Below are positions 32,542 through 47,359 of a stretch of DNA of 64,000 bases, piece by piece. The stretch's first letter is position 1, and each line of letters begins with the position of its first letter. The position numbers and the translations under genes are program-made. The notes beneath the pieces were generated by a model. It saw only the letters and a list, made by a program, of their open reading frames with translations, was not told the origin of the DNA and ran no database searches. This DNA is from the human T2T-CHM13v2.0 reference genome, Homo sapiens, in assembly GCF_009914755.1 (NCBI RefSeq), contig NC_060939.1; one strand, written 5' to 3'.

Positions 32542-32904
32542 TACTATGTTCTGAATGTTTGTACCCCCCAAATTCATATGTTGAAATCCTAACCCCCAAG
32601 ATAATGGTATTAGAAGGTATTAGGAGATGCAGAGGTGATCAAGTCATGATGGCTCTGCCCTCATGAATGAGCTTAGTGTCTCTATAAAAGAGAACCCAGA
32701 GAGCTAGCTAGCTCCTTCCACATGTGAGGACATAGCAAGAAGACACCACTTATGAATCAGGAAATGGGTCCTCACCATACACTTAATCTGTTGGTGCCAT
32801 TACCTTGGACTTCCGTCTCCAGAAATGTGAGAAATAAGTTGCTGTTGTTTATAGGCTATCCAGTCTATGGAATTGTGCTATAGCAACCTGAAAGGATTAA
32901 AATA
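32542..32904 (+). mobile_element. MLT1A/MLT1A0 LTR
   Basis: 'tactatgttctgaatgtttgtaccccccaaattcatatgttgaaatcctaaccccc...gtgagaaataagttgctgttgtttata...tatagcaacctgaaaggattaaaata'. Confidence 0.9.
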
Positions 32905-32913
32905 CTTAGTTCG

Positions 32914-33212
<299 letters not shown>

Positions 33213-34636
33213 TGAATGCCTAGTTTGGCTCACAGATGGGACTCAGTCACAGTTACTGTTAGGAATAAAGACAATCTCTGGGCCTCCAGAAAGTGAGAAA
33301 GGCAAGGATCTGACTCAGGGCTCTCTCTTTGCTCTGAAGTGGGAAATTGCCCTTAATATTTAAGATGTATCGAATCCTGGAGCTGTGTGTTTAGTCCAAT
33401 GTAGTTTAAGAACCATAAAATCAGAGAAACACTTCTGAATTAATAAAACTTGAATGAGAAAAAAATTATTTTAGTCAGAACAGTTAAAACAAATACATCT
33501 TTTAAAAATGGTAAGAAATGGAGGCTTCTAAATTTGACATTGCTCTAATGATTTAACTTAGCTGGAGGGAAGATGAAGTCTTCCTGTCAAGCATAGGTTG
33601 TTCAGCCAGGAAATGTAAAAAAGCCACACACAGAAAGAACAAAGTCTGGTGTTCATGAGAGGCGATGGTCTTTTCTAAAATGAAGTTCCAGCCAAAATAT
33701 AGGACGTGAGTTAGAGGCAATGATTCCAAAAGTTTCTGAGGAAGGTGTCAGAGAAGACTGATAGAGATGATGCAAATTTCAAGCTGCTGGTTCAGCTCCA
33801 ATTTGGCAGAAATCTAGAATGAAGAACTGTTTCCTCAAGACCACAGTGCCTGCCCATCTGGATTAAAAAATGAAAACAGTACGCAGGAAAATAGCGTCCA
33901 ATTTGGTGGTACTTTGAACTATGGCCAGAGGAAGGTCACTCAACTGCATATTTCCTATTAAAGTCCAGAGACATTATTCTCTTGAGCCCTTTATTCCCAT
34001 GTTCCCATTCTTCTTCAGGAAAGTTAAGTCAGCCAACAGGATCGTCCTCCATTCTGGATAGTGGACCTAGATGTTTTCTAAGGAATTCCATTTAGTAGTG
34101 GAGAGTCTGTGAAGTAGATAAAAAAGCACCACTCTCTCTCTTCCTTTATACATGTGAAATAAGCACACTGTTCCTCATCTGTTTAAGGAACACTACAGAA
34201 AAACGGATTAAGAAAAATAACTTCTGGTAAAGTTAATGGCTCAAGAAGGCTTCAAGTCCTCCTTCTCTGTCCCTGTTCTGAAGTGAGACATGGAGGGAGC
34301 TGGCTAGCTGGCCTTCAGCCATCCAATATGTGCTAATTTTTGATTTAAGAATTAGTTCAATTAAACCGTACCTGCCAGACAGATGGTCCTCATCCAGGGT
34401 CATGCACTGTTGCAACTGCTGATTATTGACTCTCATGTCCCCCAGTGAAGTGGCAATACCTGCTGTTATTAGCTGTTTGGCACCTTCTGTGTTGCCGCGC
34501 TGGCAAGGCAAGAAGGACCCAGGCATGTGCTAGGGGTAGTGCTGAAGGTTAAAGTGCTGTCCAGAACATGCAGCAGATCTGAGGGATGAGGCTAAAAGCT
34601 AATCTGTTCAGCCATAGAAGGAGACACACATATGCG

Positions 34637-34640
<4 letters not shown>

Positions 34641-34682
<42 letters not shown>
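34641..34682 (+). repeat. (GT)21 microsatellite
   Basis: Perfect dinucleotide run. Confidence 0.98.
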
Positions 34683-34684
<2 letters not shown>

Positions 34685-34984
34685 AGTAAGTAAAGGGACA
34701 TAAAAGAAAGGAAACTGCAGTTTTCTATCTTTCTTCCCTTCGACTCATCTCCTAGTCCCTGGTCTTCCTGGGAGCCACCTGCCACAGTCCTGGACTCTGT
34801 CATTCTACATTCTAGGAACCCTGAACTATGCTTCCAGCCAACTGCTAGTTTCCTTGGATCCTTAAAAATATCATACCACACAGGCCAGTTTTATTCATAC
34901 ATTAAATAACTTGCTAGGATTGCAACTTTTGATCTTCCTTACTGAGAGAAAAACTGTGCAGATTCATAAGTGATTAAGCCAATA

Positions 34985-35185
34985 GCTAGCCTTTAATTGA
35001 GCACTTACTGTCTACCCAGCATTCTGCTAGGTGTTTTACCTGTAATAGTTCCAGTGAGGCAGGTTTTGTTTATTATCTCCAGTTTACAAAGGTCAGAAAG
35101 GTTAAGTGCCTGAGGTTAGCTAATAATTGGCCAAATAAGATTCAGATGTAGGAAGGCTGAGGCCAGCTGTGCTCTTCAATGCCCC
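34985..35185 (-). mobile_element. MIR
   Basis: 'attgagcacttactgtctacccagcattctgctagg...ttattatctccagtttacaaag...aaaggttaagtg'. Confidence 0.7.
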
Positions 35186-35374
35186 ATCCAAGCCCTTCCC
35201 TATGTGACTCCCACTGCTGCTCATTCCCCTTCCACCTCACCAGTCACCCCGCTGTGTCCCTGACGTCTTGGCTAGATATTCACTATGTGGCTATTTTTCT
35301 TGGCTTCGGCTTCTGTTGTATTAAGTCAAAATCTCAGTCAAATACAACACACTGCAACATTTTAAAAAAGTACC

Positions 35375-35520
35375 CCCATAGCCAGTCTTTCCATTTGTAA
35401 AATGAGATTGGGGTAGTCTCTATCTCTCGTGGATGTTATGAAGATTAAGAGACGGAATGCACCAAATTCTCAGCACGGTGCCTGACACAATAATAAGCAT
35501 CATCTGAGTGCTAACTATTT
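35375..35520 (+). mobile_element. MIR 3' part
   Basis: 'catttgtaaaatgag...gttatgaagattaagagac...agcacggtgcctgacacaataataagc'. Confidence 0.7.
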
Positions 35521-36859
35521 TGGGATTTTGCTTACTGAAATGGCCCAGAGGTAATGTTATATTCATTTTGTGGATGTGGGACATGGAGCATAAGTGGCCA
35601 AAACAACTTGGCAGAAGGAAATCCTGCTAGTAACTGGCAGAGCTGGAGGAGCCTGTGCCTTAATACTCATTGCCTCTCTCAGCTCCCTGCAAACCCCTAA
35701 CAACTAACCACATTGTTGGGCATCCCATTGCCTTTCTGTTTAGGATTTGGGAGGTCATTTCATATTCTCAGCTAATTTGAAGAGCAGAGAGAATTTGAAT
35801 TCCATTTCAGACGATCACATTTTCAGATTCGTTTGGAGATCACTCAGTGGCTGTCAGACATGGGAGTGAGACAGCAGTGAGAAGAGAGAGACGAAAGCTC
35901 ACTTCTGATGTTCCTGGGTTGGTGTGTCTGTCAAAGGACAACAGGAGAGGGCAGCAAAGACCCTAAATGCAGGGAACTTTGAGGGTGTTCAGTTGGTTGT
36001 GTGGACACCTGGGAGAGGGGGACTCCACTGCACAGGAAGTAAACCTGCAACAGAGAAACCTGGCAGGCTATAGCAGTTCCCTGCCATAATCACAGAGCTG
36101 GGGTTTGCCTGGAGTTGGACAGCTTAGTGAGGATCAGATTTCTCTATGTACGAAGCACACACAACATCCCAGGGTCAGAAATAAGCTGTAATGGACAAGA
36201 ATTATAGGATAGGGATATGGGGAGCAGAGCCAAATGAAGTGTACTGCTTTCATTTCCTCTGGAAGGTGTACCTTGGGCAAAAGGTCTAACTGAATTTAAA
36301 TAATATTTGTTTCCAGAAGGGGCTTTGGAATAGGTAGGTTTTGCCCTAAGAGAGCCTTTATTTTTACCTTAAAAATAGCAGGCAACGTTTCTATGAAAGG
36401 AAGACAAAGTGATATTGCTTTATGTAAAATTAACGCTTAGAGATTTTAGAAGATGAAGTAAGGCAAATTGCTTTCTTATTTATGTTTATGCTCTCACCCA
36501 TATACCCCGCAGTAGCTTAAATGCAACAGGAACTAAGAATAATAGAGTAAAAATATGATGCAATGCCTGATTAAAAATGCAAATTCAAAGTTGCCAGTGA
36601 TCTTCTAGCTAAGCAGAGTAAACACTGGAAAGGAGAAAAAGCACACTGAGGTTCGCTAAAGGATAGAAATGATCATCCAAAAGAAGTAAGAAATGGGTGC
36701 CAAAGGAGGTAAGAAACGTGGAGTCTAGCCTCTGAGGAATAAGAGATTATTGGGTAAGCACTGGTGAATTGGAAGGGAAAAAGCCAAGTGGCCAAGAAAG
36801 ACAGATTTACCAGGATTGGGGTTTTATTTCTAAGGATTGAGCCAGTGACGCTTGGAAGA

Positions 36860-37175
36860 AATCCAATCAGTAAATACTAACTGAACACCCACTGTGTGCA
36901 AGGCATCGTGGTCTGCCTTTCCAGCGCAATAAAGCAGTATAAAGATGAGAGAGACTTGCAGTGTAACAACTAAAAATACAACATGTTAAGTAAGATAGAG
37001 AACTTGAATATCTTGAAGGAAAGAAAATTAAAGCATGTTAAATGCGAAATAATGGTACACAAGACAAGTACAAGTGGACTCTGACTAGGGAGAGGTGGAG
37101 CAGTCAGGAAAGTCTTTTGGGAAAGGGTGGTACTTATGATAAGTAGGATAGGATGGGAAAGACTCCAGCCAAGGC
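36860..37175 (-). mobile_element. L2 fragment
   Basis: 'agtaaatactaactgaacacccactgtgtgcaaggcatcgtg...agtcaggaaagtcttttgggaaagggtgg'. Confidence 0.55.
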
Positions 37176-37737
37176 GAGAGACAATAGCTTTTATAGAATC
37201 AGAACATATTATTAGATAGAAGCAACATTAGGAGTATCCGAGAAAACAGTATTAGAGAGCCTCATTGTATCATTTGTTAGTGTAGCTCCACTTGTCTCCC
37301 CCACCCCAGGCCTTCACCATCTGGGTCTGCCCACAGAACAGGGGGCAGCACAGTCCGAGAGGGAAGGGTGTGTTGCTTGGAGGGCATGAAGTGGTAGGGG
37401 GCTTCCCTGAGTGGGCTAAGACTGTAGTACTAGGGTGAAGGGGCAGTGCCTAGTCAGGAGGAGCCATGGATCCTCTGTGGGGGTCAGCATTAAAGATATA
37501 GTGCAAAACACTTAATGAGGCAGGAGGCTGGACAAGCACAGAAGGATGGCGGTAGGCCAGAGAACAAAGTCTGGTCAGGAGGATCTGTACTCTGAAAGTA
37601 TAAACCAAAGCACCCTTTTATGTGAGGTCTGCTGCTCTTTACAAATATTCAAAAATTGTCTATAAAATGTAAGTGTGTCATTTAATATTTTCCATAATAT
37701 GACAGATTTTAATTCATATCTCATATTTTATAGTCTA

Positions 37738-37872
37738 AACAAGGAGCTCTTAACAGTCATTAGAATCACTAGGAAGATTATCAAAAATATAAGTAATCAG
37801 GAATGAACTGGAGTAGGACCCAGAGGACAATATTTCTTGAAATCTTTCCAGCTAGACCTGGGAACCACTAGT
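37738..37872 (+). mobile_element. MER5B-like hAT fragment
   Basis: 'cattagaatcactaggaag...gagtaggacccag...gggaaccactagtttag'. Confidence 0.45.
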
Positions 37873-38927
37873 TTAGCCAAACTGGGGTCCTCTTTCTTCT
37901 TTAAATTTACTCTAAAGTTTCTCTCCTCTATTCTTATTCTTGTGATTTTCATTCTGTTAGAAATGAAACTCTGTTAAGGATGTGATCCTTCTATATTTCT
38001 GTTGAAATTCTTACTTAGAAAATGCTGATAAAAGTAGTAGATGCCCAGTTCAGCTTGCTAGTTAGATTACCTTTCTAGGTCTTTGCAGATCAAGGGTCTG
38101 TGATTCCATTGGTTTGGCTCTTCAAGCGCTGATGTGAGCACAGTGCTAAAGAATGCCAGGAGAGGGCAGCAGAGAGCTGGGAAGCCCTTTGATAGAGGCT
38201 AGAGGAAGTGAACCAAATGGGAGAACCTGTATGTAGCAGGTGGAGGAGAAAATACTTGATCTTTTATGGGGTGCAGGGTATGCCAGTTGTGTGTCCTTCA
38301 TAAATTAACCAAAGACTATAGTCATTACTCAGATCAGAAACTGAAATCAACAGGGGATGCCACAGGGAGTGGTAGTTTTAAAACAGGAAGGGATGGAAAT
38401 AGGCTCTAAGATATTGCTGGGAGCCACCAAAGGTAAGCCAGCTATGGCAGGATGTTGGGCCCCTGATAGCTCCTGAGACACTGGCCCTGTCTAGGCATAG
38501 ATTCATTAGACGTGGACCCAAACCAGTAGAAAAAGCCTTTATTTAAGGACTGAGCAAGTCTTTGCAACCTAGGGGTGCAGGTGAACAGGATAAAGGAAAC
38601 ATTTTAGAGTAAGATTTCAGGGGACTGAAGAAACACTGACATTCAGGAAAAGCAGAAGAGATTCTTACAAGTTCAGTGCCCACATCATAAGGAAAAAATT
38701 CTCTGAAGACCAGGATGGGATTCAAGGGTGTTATGTTGAATAGAGGCATGCAAAGGAAGTACTTAACGTGCAGGCCAGGACCAGAGACGGTGCACTAGGT
38801 AGAGTGCGGCATCCAGCAAAAGTATTTCAAGGTAAGTTCTGCAAGGGTTTGGGAATATCACAAGGCTTTGTTGGTAGTGCCAATTTAAATCCACCTTAGG
38901 CTAAAACTTCCAGAGTATGATCTAGCA

Positions 38928-39103
38928 CCTTGCTACTTAAAAGTGTGGTCTGTAGACCAGCAGTCCTGGCATTGCTTGGGAGCTTATTACAATTGAGAAT
39001 CTCAGGTCCTGCCTCAGACCTACAGAATCAGAATTTGCATTTTAACAAGATCCCCAGGTGATTTCACTGCATATAATGCATATTAAGGTTTAAGAAACAG
39101 CAG
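38928..39103. mobile_element. MER5A-family hAT MITE
   Basis: 'aaagtgtggtctgtagaccagcag...gaatctcaggtcctgcctcagacctacagaatcagaatttgcattttaacaagatccccaggtgatt'. Confidence 0.88.
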
Positions 39104-39557
39104 ACTAGCATCCAGTCCAGACAGGGCTGGGTGGCATTGATACCTGTAGAAGATTAGTAAGGGCATTCTGTAATAAGAAAGTGAGGGAGAATAGCTGCAT
39201 TTGAATGACAGTAGCTGCAGCCATTAATAGTATGTGAACTCGATACTTTATTTTGGCTTATTTTTTTCAAACCCTACTAGATGCCTTATAGTTACATGCA
39301 AAATCAACCAACTGATGTATTTTTCAGAGGCCACAGTAGGGGAAACTGCATCCTACTGCAGTTTGAAAGAAAGTGTGAATCCAAATTAAAGGTGTTGCTT
39401 GGGAGGGCAGTGGGTTTCTTAGAAGGTTTCCGCTGTGTATGGTCCGGGGTCTGTGTGTCCAGAAACTAGATTTTTAAAACATTTTTAGGCTAACTCAAAG
39501 CAATTAGACCCTTAGACAAAGGACTATTGGTACTAATATCACAAGGGAGTTTATGTT

Positions 39558-40354
<797 letters not shown>

Positions 40355-40799
40355 AAGTTTAAACCATAATTTTAATTGATGAAATAAAATATGTTGTTCC
40401 ATTGATTACACAGCCTAATCTCTTTCTTGGTATTGGAAAGTCAAATTAGTATCAGCAAGTGATTTGGAAACTAGAGAATGAATTTTGTATGAGCCAGACA
40501 GAGCCCTGATGAAGCACCCCTGACCACAGCAACCCCTCGGGTTGGGATGGCTCCTGCGAGTGATGGCTTCTCTCCTCTGCTCTGGTCTTGCTTATGCTGT
40601 CCTGATTTGCTCTCAGACTTCCGTGTCCTGCCCTGCTCCCCTCCCTCAGTTGGAAAATTCTCTCTCTGAATGTACAGTATTATAGATGAAGCCCAAGGTT
40701 TGGGGGCCACACACTATAAGTGCCCACCTGTACTGGTTCAGGGAAGACAGCAAGCTCAGGCAGAAAACCAGGCAGTACAGGTAAACTGCTAGTGGCAGA

Positions 40800-40912
40800 A
40801 CCTTAGAAGATTTTGAAGCTTCAAGGCAACTTAGAAATTATCTAGTCCAACCCCTTATTTACTGATGGGAAATAAGTCCCAGAGAGACAGTAGCACGTCC
40901 AGGGCCACACTT
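40800..40912 (-). mobile_element. MIR fragment
   Basis: 'ttagaaattatctagtccaaccccttattt actgatgggaaataagtcccagagag...ccagggccacac'. Confidence 0.65.
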
Positions 40913-43900
40913 GGATTTATTATTTAGTCAATGAAAATTAATAAAGCAGCTGCCCTGTGCAGGGGTTATGCAGAGGAATAAAATGTGAATGAAGGAAATA
41001 AGGAATGGTGACCATGGATATAACTGGCAGGAGGATTCAAGATGCTCACCAGAAATCAGGCTTTGGGAATTTCTGAATTCAGACTCTAATGCTCTGTAGG
41101 CTATGTGGACAAGTCTTACACATTTGGTGGTATTACACCATCATTGATAAAGTAGAAACAGTAGCATTTGTTTTCCAGTACAGATTAGAAAAATAAAGCC
41201 TGACCCTCTCTTTTTCAAGGTAGAAAATAAGTTTGTTTACTTTCCCAGGAGCAAGCTCCCATCTGGCTAGGCAGCAACCACTGCCAGGCTGCCCCTTGGG
41301 GAAGCAGCAGAGAGGCAATAAGCCAGCACCCTCCACTCCCATGGGCACCCTACAGGGAAATGCACGGGAGCTGATGGATGTGATTACTGTGATTACTGCA
41401 GCAACGTGGGTCAGGGTGAAGGGAGCTCTTCTCTCGCATGGAGCACCAATTTGCCTGAGCTGTAAGGAGAACTGAACTGACTGTTTCCCAAGGGGTGTGG
41501 GGCTGAGCAAATGATGCTGTTAACTCTCTCCATGTGCAACCATACATACCTTTTACCATATGTCTGTCAACCTGATGTTTGTTACTGTATGTCAAACACA
41601 TTCAAAATCTTTTGCAGATCTCAGAATAATATGCTTAGGCACAATGTGATGGTGATGGCAGAAACACTGTGAAGTTCTGAGTGGTTCATCTGTCTCATTT
41701 TGATTAAAGTCATAATCCAGTGATCTTAGGTTTAAATGAAAAAAAATATAGATCTCAAAATACTTCAGATATAAAGGGATGCCTCAGGATTTGCTTTTTC
41801 TGAGGAACTCAAAGGAAATTAAAGTCCTTTTACAGTAACAAAAAAGACATCCAGTTAGCATCATAAAAATCACAACCCGATATTAAAATGTCAGTTATTC
41901 CCCCTTGTCTGGGAATTGAAAATGCAGGCTTTGTATGTTTCTTTTTGGGGACACTGTTGGCTAGCAAAACTGATTTCTACTATAATTGGAAGACCTTATC
42001 TCAAAAGTAAGAAGGCTGGCCAAAAGGTCTACTCAGCACACATGACAAGGTCATGGCTTGCAGGCACAGGAAGCCAGCACATATGGGCTCAGCTTCTATG
42101 AGGTGCTAGAACAAGAGGAGGAGGAGGGGGAAGAGTGGCTTAGTATTCCCTTGATCCTGACATGACTGTCCTGCACATGGTCCCTTTAGTCTGGTCATCT
42201 GCAGGTCCCAACTCCCCAGTGACCCTCAATCCATCTCCTAAGGGGAGGACAACTCACATCTCCTATTCTCTTTCCAATCCATTATTTTGTCTTAAATCGT
42301 ATGGCTAGCTCCCCTTGGAGTCTTCTGCTTTCATCTTAACTGCCTATTTAGTAGATCAAGCTGACTAAAGTTTGCTAGTTTACTGTGTCTTTGCCTTCCT
42401 GCTCTAAGAACTCCAATTCTCCTGGAGGCCTGTGGATTTCTCTAAGTGGGGAAAGACTCAAAATAAGACAGCACAGGAAAGAAAACCTCATTATATTGTT
42501 AACCTATAAAAAGGCAAAGAAAACTACCTGAAAGGCCATATATCAAAATAGTAACAGGAGTTATTTCTGGGTGGTGGTGTTTGTTTTCTATGGGATTCTC
42601 TGTATTTTCCAAATTTACTTTTTATCAGAAACAAGGCATCAGAAAGAAAATGATATGAGTTGTTAGAGTAATTGTGCTTTAGTTCACTTTGTAAACTATA
42701 AGGTAGAGTGTGGAGAGAAAAACCAAGGGACGTCTTTGGTCACTGCAATGGGTCAGGATCACATTAGGTAAGTAAAGGAGAGAAATTGCTCCAACATCAT
42801 TTTGAACAAAGCATAAAATCAAACTGAATTTGGTTTGGTAAATAAGATGCCCCAAGGCCAACCCTACTTAAGGTTACTTTATATTACTTCACATAGGCTT
42901 GGCTAAATGGATCGTCCATCACCCTCCAGACTAATTACATTTGATTAAGGTCTTCCTTAAAAGCTCTTCTTTCACAGTGAATTGAAAATGACCACTAACC
43001 TCCATTGACTGATGCTGTGAGGTCACCCTATGAATTGATTAGGGAGTGCTGCATTGTGCTTTTGCAATTCTAGTTCTGTGGGGCCCCTGGAACCTTGGCC
43101 CATACATCAATGGGAAGGAATGGTGATTAATATTCTGTTGCTACCTCTGTGCCGTAGCCCCTCTATGTGATGTCACCATCTTATCCCATTCCAAATTGGT
43201 GTATTCTCTGCTTACCTGGTTTTTCTTTACACTTCTCAAAGGTATCTTGCTCATAGCTGATTGCTTAACCTGGATCCATTATTTCCCTCATGTTTTGTTC
43301 CAGAAGGTTTTGTTTTATAGTTTTATGTCTGCAGAATGGATGTCAGGAGAGGGTGGGGATTGCTGAAAAGCAAATGGATTTAATTATTACAAATGTCAAT
43401 TAAATTGAGACAGAGAAAATGTGAGGTGAAGTCTGGAGCTGACTAGTCGGAATTCATTTTTAAACAATATTGAAAATATATGTTATAAACAGAATGATGT
43501 TGATTGCAGAATAATCTTGTTCAATAATGTGTAAGTATTATACATATATTTAATCCAAATACATTTCTAAAGTTAACAAAACTCTAAGCTAACAGGCTTT
43601 GAAATAAAGATGATCTGTTTTTGGTATACAGATCTTAATCGAGATTTAGTCTTTTTTCTCTCCCTTTGGCTTCTAGCTCTAGCTATGACTCACACATAGC
43701 CCAGGAAGGGAGAATGAGAGAGAAGAAAGAAACCAAGGGTCACACCATTAAAGCTCATAGAAATGTAAGTTTCAACTAAAGAATCCTAGAGGAAATTAAG
43801 CTATAGAAAAGCATGGCTATCCATGCAATAGATGTGGGCTTCTGGGAAGAGGAGAAAATTTAATTTTACTTCATTGGAATAATAGAATTCTCTCAGAAGT

Positions 43901-43934
43901 TTTAATTAAGCAGTCACTGCAGCCTCATGCCTGT

Positions 43935-44132
43935 ATTTGATTCCTGGCTCCTCTGCAAACTGGTTGTTTGGCCTTGGGCAAGTTACTTAACCGCCCTGTG
44001 CTTTTCATCAGTAAATAGGTTATAGTAACACCTACATTATGATATTATTATTAGGAGCAGTAAGCTGAATGTAAAATGCTTAAACAGCATCTGGATCAAA
44101 GTAAGTATGCCATAAGTGCTAGTTCTTATTAT
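43935..44132 (+). mobile_element. MIR
   Basis: 'attcctggctcctctgc...ggccttgggcaagttacttaacc...gtaaaatgcttaaacagcatctgg'. Confidence 0.75.
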
Positions 44133-44364
44133 TTGTGTACCTTTTATCTTTTGCAGACATTTTGTCAAAATTTTCTTAAGAAAAGTCAGGTGTTGGTGTT
44201 AGAAGCTTTGTGTGCGGTTTGAGGTGGTTTTTGTTTTGTTTTGTTTTTTGTTTTTGTTTTTCTCATTAGTTTTAGCTGCTCTGCATTTTGACATTTCTTT
44301 GAGGAAATCCAGGTATTTTGGCTATCATCTTTTCCAAACATCAAGCAAGCCCTTGCTATCAGAA

Positions 44365-44605
44365 TAATAACAATAATCTCAAATGTTTACGAGCACATTT
44401 TATGTGCCAGGCTTTATGCACATTACCACTTTGCATGGATTAATGCATCTGTTCCTTGTAAAAACCCTATAGCATTATCCCCATGTAACAGATGAAGAAC
44501 TTGAGTATATGAAGGGTGAAGGATCTTGCCAGGGATTATCCAGCCAGGAAATGGCAGAATCACAGGCCAGGTCTGCAGGCTGGCTCCAGAGGCACACCTC
44601 ACTCT
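44365..44605 (-). mobile_element. MIR
   Basis: 'tttacgagcacattttatgtgccaggc...attatccccatgtaacagatgaagaacttgag'. Confidence 0.75.
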
Positions 44606-46599
44606 CTGCTGTAACTACAACCAGCCACCAAGTTGATCGCTTTTAGTATTTCTTTGACCAAATAAGAGTTCCAGCCTTATCGTATGATTGGTAATCAACC
44701 AGAATTTTTGAGTCATGGCTCCTCAATGACTATGTGGAATTTACTAGTGAAATTCATAAAACGTAAGTATTGTTTTCTCCAACAATCAAATTGACTAGAG
44801 ACACAAATGTTTTTCTAGTAGTGGTTCTTGCTGATTTGTCTCCATGTGATTTATCTGTAAGCTGCTCTTTCAGTATTAATGGCTTCACACATAAGAAGGG
44901 AACATATCTCACATTTTAAAATCTTGGTACCAGCAATAGCCGTGGATGGACACTTCTAATGTTGGGCCTCTCACCAATGCTACCGTTCCTTTGTTTCCCA
45001 TGTTAAATTAACTGGTGAATATTCTCAATCCATCTGTCTTATCTCTGTGTTACGTGTAAGAGAGACTGTGCTAACTTGCAGAACCTGGGTAGAAAAAATT
45101 GGCTGGAATTGTGCTTATTAAAACAGTTTGCCAAATATGTAAAGGAGCCCAGGTGTTGGAAATGAAAGGCTTCTTTCTAAAGGACAATCTCTCAGGGGCC
45201 TCTGTCTCTTGGCGGTGGACCCTTTAGAGCCAAGCTCAGGCTCAGAAGGAGGATATGTGTCAGGGTGACTGCTGGAAACTGATAGGTCAGTCTGTCCCAA
45301 GGGTGAAGTCCGAACTCTGTAGTACTTTTCCTATCCTTTTAAAAAGGATATTCTTTTAGCTAAATTTGTCAACCTTAAATAGCTTATCTTCTTCTTATAC
45401 TCTTTTAGTCAGTATTTGCTTATTTACTTTAATCTTCTTTAATCTTTTTTGTTTTATTCTTGCCTTTCTTACTATATTTTATCTATTCTGAATTTTTAGA
45501 TTGCTATTTTATCTTTTTTATTTTATACTACATTATTGCCTTTTATCTAAATTGTGTTTGCTTTACATGTGTGGTTTCAATTTTATTCACACTTTATTTT
45601 ATCTTTAATGGCGAAAGAAAGTACAGGCATGAGGTGATCAGCTGGAGAGAAACCCTTAGCCTAACTGAGAGTATTGGACTCTATGTCCTTCCAAATATCT
45701 CACTCAATAATAGCCCTCTAAGTTTTCCACTGAACATCTTTTTCTTTCCAATGATGAAACTTCAGCTTAAAATATATCAAGCTAATTGTATAGATTCACC
45801 TGTCAACTTCATTTTTGCTTACCTTTACCCCATATTTCCAGGAAGATAATATGTATTTTTAATATAAGTCACTTTGAGCTAGAACGGTGCTATCTCCTTA
45901 CAGTATTTGCCCAAACTTTCTAAGTGCTTCTTGATCAAAATTTAGTTTTTACTTTTTACAACTGCTAAATAATGTCTAGGACTTGCACACAAATCATGGG
46001 CAATTGAGGAAAACATAGTGGGGAGGGTTGTTTAGAATAACCTTCTACTCCATGTTTAACCCTTCTCTAACATTGCAAGTGTTCCTTCCCTTCTTTTCCA
46101 TGATCTCCATCCCATTATTATTCTCTAACCACTCTGATAACTGGATAGATGGTCTCCCCAGCTTGAGTCTCTTTTCCTATATTTCTTCGTTATGAAACTC
46201 TTCCGCATAGCTTTTCTTGAAATGTACCCATCTTCTCAAATGCCTCCACGGGTTCCCAATGGCCCGTGGAATAAAGTTCAAACTCCTCAGCCTGTCATTT
46301 TAAGGCTTCTGGGTTGTCCCAAGCATTCTTTCCCAAAAATGTCTCTAATTTTCTTCTTCACACTAGAAAAAATAACCAGATAGAAGGGTTGCTATTCTTC
46401 ATTTATGACTCAAACATTTCCACATTAGTTTTTGTGCTTACATGCTTTCTTTTTTAAGATGTATTTTTCCCCATTTGTGAATGTCCATATTCTATTCTCT
46501 TTAAAGTTCATTTCCCACTTTTTGGCTTCCCTAAATGAAAATAACCAACATTTGTATGATCTTTCCTGGATAAATACTATTTTATGGAGTTAATGTGAG

Positions 46600-46770
46600 C
46601 TTCAATTCTAGATAAATCTCAGTTAAAATCTTTGCTACATGATAATTATTTCACCTAAGCAAGTGTTTTAACTTTCTGAGCCTTGTTTTCACATCTCTAA
46701 AATGAGGATCATATAACCTATCTCACAGTTATCGTAAAGAATAAATGACATGAAGTCTGAAGTACTGAGG
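46600..46770 (+). mobile_element. MIR
   Basis: 'aagcaagtgttttaactttctgagccttgttttcacatctctaaaatgaggatcat...cctatctcacag'. Confidence 0.7.
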
Positions 46771-47359
46771 TCTTCTTGGATTGAGAAAGCTTGAGGCTCT
46801 CATTGAGTATTTGAGGAGAAGGAGGAGCTGTGAAGGGAACGGCTGTTATGTTAAGGGTTGTAGAGAGAGGTACGCGTGCACACACACACACGAGGAGCTT
46901 CAACTCCTAAAGCTGAAATTCTCATTTGATATAGTCAGTTTTTCTAGCTTGTCTGATCATATCTGGATTTAGGGGGCTTTTTACACATGGAGATATACTT
47001 CTTTTTGTCTGGGAAATACCAAAGGGATCCTAGACAGACTATCTTGGAAACAAGTCAATTTGCATAACCACCTTTTAATAATTGAGGTCTATTTGTATGC
47101 AGAGTAAGTTCAAACTATGCAAATATACTGATAATCAGTATATTAAGTATCTAAAATACATTTAAAACAATAAAATATTAAACTAAAAAAGCCTTAAAAA
47201 TGATGTTAGTTAAGTAAGCAATTCCAGCATATACAGGGAAATTGAGGGGACAAAAGACTTCTTAAGGAAAACGTAAAGAGGCTGGCAGTTAACAATAGGT
47301 TTGTGAAATCAAAGCATTTATCAGCACAAGGAAAATGAGGATGACTTTTATCTGGTTAT

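Noticed and set aside
45460-45849. 129-aa hydrophobic ORF resembling a membrane protein
   Set aside because: Non-ATG start and F/I/L/Y bias from T-rich low-complexity DNA.
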